Source of the DNA: a virus
DNA length: 46,118 bases
Reading direction: 5' to 3' (one strand)
IMG/VR virus record: IMGVR_UViG_3300028048_000013
Made by a program: the position numbers and the translations under genes. The notes under the pieces are model-generated. The model ran no database searches, was not told where the DNA came from, and worked only from the letters and a program-made list of their open reading frames with translations. Of this stretch, positions 42,212 to 46,118 are shown piece by piece (the first letter of the stretch is position 1; each line of letters opens with the position of its first letter).

Positions 42212-43064
42212 CTTGTCAATATTGCCGTGGTATACATCCATTGAGCAACAGAACGCCCGCAAATGGTGGTTATATGGCCGTGTGTATCCGCTATTTACAC
42301 CGGCCGGGTTCCTGTTGCCGTTTCAAATACTCTTGGATTATCGGGCCACGCCGTCAATGTCCGCGTGTGTACTTTATGATGCGAATACAAATGCGGTGGT
42401 TGATTCGGCGGTTGCGGCAAAGTTGAACAATACCGGATTCACGTTCAAACAGTTTTCCGCGTTGGGTTACACGGTTGCGGTTTATCCGGGACTGTTACCG
42501 GCGTTTACTTCATTGGTCAATGGCCGTTATTATTTGCGTATTACCATCAACGGCGTTTATTATTATTCGGAAATCTTTACGGTTGTAAACGACATTGAAC
42601 CGTACTTGAAAATTACTTGGTGGGACCTTTCCGATTTCACGATGGACGCGGGAACAATTGTGTACACGAATCCGGCTTTTAAGAACGTGTTGTATCTACA
42701 AAGCGATTTGGCAAAACCCGAATATCCATTTGAGGAAGAGGGCGAAACCCGGGATGGTTACTTTTTCCCGACCAAACAAATTACCGAAAAACGATACCGG
42801 TTCAATTTTCTTGCGTCCGAATATCTGTTGGACGTTATGCGGTTTATTCGAATGGCGGATTTCGCGGAAATCGAATACCACGGCCAACGTTATAGTTTAG
42901 ACACATTTTTAATAACCCCGGAATGGGAAGATAACGGCGACGTTGCGGCCGTTGAAGCGGTTTTTGATACCGCGACGGTTGCAAAGAAAATCGGTTTGGG
43001 TTACATCAAGGCGCAACGCGGCGATTTCAACGATGATTTCAATAATGATTTTAACAACCAATAA
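42195..43064 (+). CDS. Tail protein (289 aa)
   Basis: Track ORF between the two large tail genes. Confidence 0.75.
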   Translation: MIPNNNLSILPWYTSIEQQNARKWWLYGRVYPLFTPAGFLLPFQILLDYRATPSMSACVLYDANTNAVVDSAVAAKLNNTGFTFKQFSALGYTVAVYPGLLPAFTSLVNGRYYLRITINGVYYYSEIFTVVNDIEPYLKITWWDLSDFTMDAGTIVYTNPAFKNVLYLQSDLAKPEYPFEEEGETRDGYFFPTKQITEKRYRFNFLASEYLLDVMRFIRMADFAEIEYHGQRYSLDTFLITPEWEDNGDVAAVEAVFDTATVAKKIGLGYIKAQRGDFNDDFNNDFNNQ

Positions 43065-43076
43065 TACATTTTGATT

Positions 43077-45713
43077 ATGGCAAATTACGCAACACTTAAA
43101 TCGGCGATACAAAATGTTGTAAAGACAAATGGAAACAACGAAATAACCGGCGCGTTGCTTCAACAATCATTGTTGGCAATGATAGATTCTTTGGGGGCCG
43201 GTTATCAATTTGCAGGTGTTGCCATTCCATCAACTAATCCGGGAACGCCTGACCAAAATGTTTTTTATATGGCCGGTTCGGGAACATTCCCAAATTTCAA
43301 TAATACGATTGTTCCGGATGGACAATTGGCGGTATTCAAATATAACGGTTCGTGGACAACCGATTTAATCCCCGTTGGAAAAAATTATGATGCGGAAATT
43401 TTATACAAATCAAGCCGTGTTCCGGGATTAATTTTTATGAATATATTCAATGCGCTTGACAAAGAAAATCAAAGTGGATATTATGTTTCGTCTGTGACCG
43501 GTTCTTTGACACGAAATGCGAATTATATTGCATCTCACTATATACCCGTATTTGGCGGTCGTTCATATTATATTTCATATAAAAATCAAATTGCGTGGTA
43601 TGATAGCGATAAAAATTTTATATCGGGGTCCGCGGCATCCGAAACGTCAAGAATACAAATCGCGCCACAAAATGCGGCATTTTTGCGGTGTTCAATATCG
43701 TTGTCGGCATTTGATACGTTTATGGTTGCAGAATCCACAACGGAACAAACATACGTAAAGTATGGAATTATACGCAACGATGTTCTTGAACAAGAAATTC
43801 AAGATTTGATAATAAACGCATTAATAATAAAACCCGGGAAAAATAAATTTGACGTTTCGGCCGCGACAAATGGGCGCTTGCGTGAAGATGGAACAACGGT
43901 TGGCGCATCATTGTATAAAGTTTCCGGATTTATCCCTGTATCGCCAAACGTGACATATTGTATTTCGGACGAACAAAATATTTTTCAATCCGGGCAATTG
44001 ATTTGTTTTTATGACAACGAACGCAATTTTTTGTCTTATCAAAGTGTGACCTCGGGGAAAAAACAAGTTATAACAACGCCAAATAATTGTTATTATTTTC
44101 GGTTTGTGTTGCTGATTGCAAACATAGTACGGCCGCAAGTGGAAATCGGGACGGAAAGGACAAATTACGTCCCTTATAGCGAAATTGGGGGCTATATACC
44201 GGAAATCAAAGAAAACACGGTTTATAATCAATCAATTGTTGATAATGCCATAACGACGGAAAAGGTTTTAGACGGTTCAATTAGCGCACAAAAAACGGAT
44301 TTTATTATTAGTAAAAATCTGCTGAATAAAAACGATTCGGATGTTGCGATTGGAAAATATATTATTTCGACAACCGGCAATTTGTCGGCGAACGCCGGAT
44401 ATAATACAAGTGGATTTATAAAAGTATTTCCCGGGGCAACTTATTATTTTGGTTCAATTGAAAACCAAGTTGCGGCGCGTTTTTATGCGTTTTTCGATGA
44501 AAACAAAACATACGTTTCCGGTGGGAGTGATATTTCATCAATAGTTGTTCCGGAAAATGTTGTGTTTATTCGTTTTTCTTTTTCGACATCCATTTGGAAC
44601 GGAAATGGTGCGCAATTATCGAAAGATGCAATTATACCATATACGGAATATCAATTAGAATTTTCGAATGGAATTGGGCTTGGTTCTTCAATTAAAGCCC
44701 CGATTTCAAGTTTGGGGAATGCCGCAAGTATTACAAATTCGCAAACATTGGCAAGCGGGGAAACATTAACATTTGATGTGTTCCCACGCTATCAATTGCG
44801 TGGTCTTGTTATGTCTTTCGCGTGTAAAATATTAATATTTAGTGAATTGATAATTGGGAAAGGTTATCAACAACGATTGGGCAAATATATAAGAATTACA
44901 TCGACGAATGTTGAATTAATTTCTTGCGATTTGTCCGGAAATGAAACAGTAAAAGACGTGGCGGCGCACGGATTATCAATTAATACTTTTTTGCGGGTAT
45001 CTTTACAATATGTCAATGGTGGGCAATTGCGTTACATTATATCATCCATCGGCGGATATTTTACAAAAACGGTAAATTGGGGATATATTGGCGAATATCA
45101 ACCGTTTGTTATGAGCGTCGGCACGTCCGCGACTGAATTAACATTGGCAATCGGTTCTTTGGACCTTAAAAAAAGCGTTTGGGCATTTGGGGATAGTTAT
45201 ATGAGCATATCGCCGGAAAGATGGCCCGGGGTTTTACAATCTGTTGGGGTTGAATCTTTTATGATTAATGCGTTAAGTGGCATTAATAGCGTTAATATGT
45301 TAACGGATGCAATTAAAGCATTTAAGAATTATTCGCCAAAATTTGCTATTTGGGGGCTTGGTATGAATGATTCAAGCGATACGGATAATTCCACCCCGGC
45401 CCCAAATTGGTTGTCTGCAATTAATTCGTTTTTGGTGTTATGTTCAGAAAATGGGACAATCCCTATTCTTGCGACAATTCCTTGTGTGCCAAGTAAAAAC
45501 CACGCCGCAAAAAACAGTTGGGTTCGTTCAAGTGGATACCGATATATTGATTTCGCGGATGCCGTTGGCGCAAATGTATATACAAGTGGCGTAAATAATT
45601 GGTACGAAAATATGCTTTCAAGCGACGAAATCCACCCGACGGCATTGGGGGCGCAAGCGTTAGCGTCGCGTGTTTTGGCGGATTTCCCGGAAATTTTACA
45701 ATACAATGATTAA
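43077..45713 (+). CDS. Tail fibre with three tandem beta-sandwich-like modules and C-terminal SGNH/GDSL esterase
   Basis: First ATG (the track start at 43071 is TTG). SGNH blocks FGDSY, ALSG, GMNDS, DEIHP in the last roughly 180 aa. Confidence 0.8.
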   Translation: MANYATLKSAIQNVVKTNGNNEITGALLQQSLLAMIDSLGAGYQFAGVAIPSTNPGTPDQNVFYMAGSGTFPNFNNTIVPDGQLAVFKYNGSWTTDLIPVGKNYDAEILYKSSRVPGLIFMNIFNALDKENQSGYYVSSVTGSLTRNANYIASHYIPVFGGRSYYISYKNQIAWYDSDKNFISGSAASETSRIQIAPQNAAFLRCSISLSAFDTFMVAESTTEQTYVKYGIIRNDVLEQEIQDLIINALIIKPGKNKFDVSAATNGRLREDGTTVGASLYKVSGFIPVSPNVTYCISDEQNIFQSGQLICFYDNERNFLSYQSVTSGKKQVITTPNNCYYFRFVLLIANIVRPQVEIGTERTNYVPYSEIGGYIPEIKENTVYNQSIVDNAITTEKVLDGSISAQKTDFIISKNLLNKNDSDVAIGKYIISTTGNLSANAGYNTSGFIKVFPGATYYFGSIENQVAARFYAFFDENKTYVSGGSDISSIVVPENVVFIRFSFSTSIWNGNGAQLSKDAIIPYTEYQLEFSNGIGLGSSIKAPISSLGNAASITNSQTLASGETLTFDVFPRYQLRGLVMSFACKILIFSELIIGKGYQQRLGKYIRITSTNVELISCDLSGNETVKDVAAHGLSINTFLRVSLQYVNGGQLRYIISSIGGYFTKTVNWGYIGEYQPFVMSVGTSATELTLAIGSLDLKKSVWAFGDSYMSISPERWPGVLQSVGVESFMINALSGINSVNMLTDAIKAFKNYSPKFAIWGLGMNDSSDTDNSTPAPNWLSAINSFLVLCSENGTIPILATIPCVPSKNHAAKNSWVRSSGYRYIDFADAVGANVYTSGVNNWYENMLSSDEIHPTALGAQALASRVLADFPEILQYND

Positions 45714-46118
45714 AACGATAACATTATACCCGGCAAAGATTTTGGCCGGAATCCTTGCCGGGTTCCTTTCCGTATTCGTCGAAAACCTGTTGCCGTTGTT
45801 CATAACGGTAACGGTTTTCGAATTGGTTGATTTCATAACCGGCGTTATCAAATCGGCCGTCGTGGCCAAGCGTACCAAACAACGGTTTGCGTTCGAATCG
45901 GTAAAGGCGTGGCGGACCATATACAAATTCGTTTTTATATTGGTCGGTATCGTATTGGCCGAAATGTTGGACCAAACCGTTGCCGCCGAAACCCGGTTGC
46001 GGTTTGCCAATTACTTTACGGCGTTCTGTTGCGGCGTGGAATTTTGGTCGTTCCTTGAAAACGCGGCCGTTATTTCGGACCATCCCATATTCCGTTGGTT
46101 ACGCCGATTTATGAAATT
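45706..46118 (+). CDS. Holin (Phage_holin_4_1-like), 5' part; frame runs off the window end and continues at 128..188
   Basis: ATG at 45706 overlaps the fibre stop (ATGATTAA). Translation MIKTITLYPAKILAGILAGFLSVFVENLLPLFITVTVFELVDFITGVIKS... has three hydrophobic segments and the DxxTG motif. It sits directly upstream of the endolysin once the circle is closed. Confidence 0.6.
   Translation, partial: MIKTITLYPAKILAGILAGFLSVFVENLLPLFITVTVFELVDFITGVIKSAVVAKRTKQRFAFESVKAWRTIYKFVFILVGIVLAEMLDQTVAAETRLRFANYFTAFCCGVEFWSFLENAAVISDHPIFRWLRRFMK
45992..46118. repeat. Terminal direct repeat copy 2, identical to 1..127
   Basis: Same comparison; unique genome length is 46118-127 = 45991 bp. Confidence 0.97.

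Noticed and set aside
43428-44661. Repeated fibre modules, considered as the template/variable repeats of a diversity-generating retroelement
   Set aside because: The similarity is at protein-domain level with low nucleotide identity. There is no adenine-specific mismatch pattern and no reverse transcriptase gene anywhere in the genome.
1-46118. Stop-codon reassignment (TAG or TGA recoding, as in some gut phages), CRISPR arrays, integrase/attachment sites
   Set aside because: All large genes are intact under the standard code, and TAA, TGA and a few TAG codons terminate well-bounded ORFs. The tRNAs are ordinary Gln(UUG) and Leu(CAA), not suppressors. No spaced direct-repeat array or recombinase motif was seen.

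Overview
The window is a complete, circularly closed dsDNA tailed-phage genome of about 45,991 bp. Its first 127 bp are identical to its last 127 bp, and a holin gene reads across that junction. About 85 genes sit on the + strand; I found one small gene on the - strand.

Gene order:
- Lysis cassette: holin, Amidase_2 endolysin, an inserted GIY-YIG homing endonuclease, and two membrane or coiled-coil proteins.
- Early region of small ORFs driven by a repeated promoter-plus-leader cassette.
- Recombination/replication module: PD-(D/E)XK exonuclease, PAPS-reductase-like PP-loop protein, DnaD-like organizer, RuvC-like resolvase, MazG-like protein, tRNA-Gln(UUG) and tRNA-Leu(CAA), SMC-like ATPase, DnaQ-like exonuclease, NinB- and NinG-like proteins, SSB, ASCH protein.
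- Packaging and structural genes: small and large terminase, portal, scaffold, major capsid protein, tape measure, large tail proteins, and a fibre with a C-terminal SGNH esterase.

Promoters fit the Bacteroidota TTTG / TAnnTTTG consensus and no Shine-Dalgarno sequences are visible, so the host is probably in Bacteroidota. I found no integrase, repressor module, CRISPR array, reverse transcriptase, polymerase, helicase or primase.

Most unusual signals:
- A strong AG/CT dinucleotide depletion, matched by the two phage tRNAs.
- Several families of covarying RNA hairpins at fixed distances from start codons.
- A duplicated 63-nt structured leader element.
- Phased GCGATTT repeats ahead of the late promoter.

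All functional calls come from motif reading by eye. No database search was possible.
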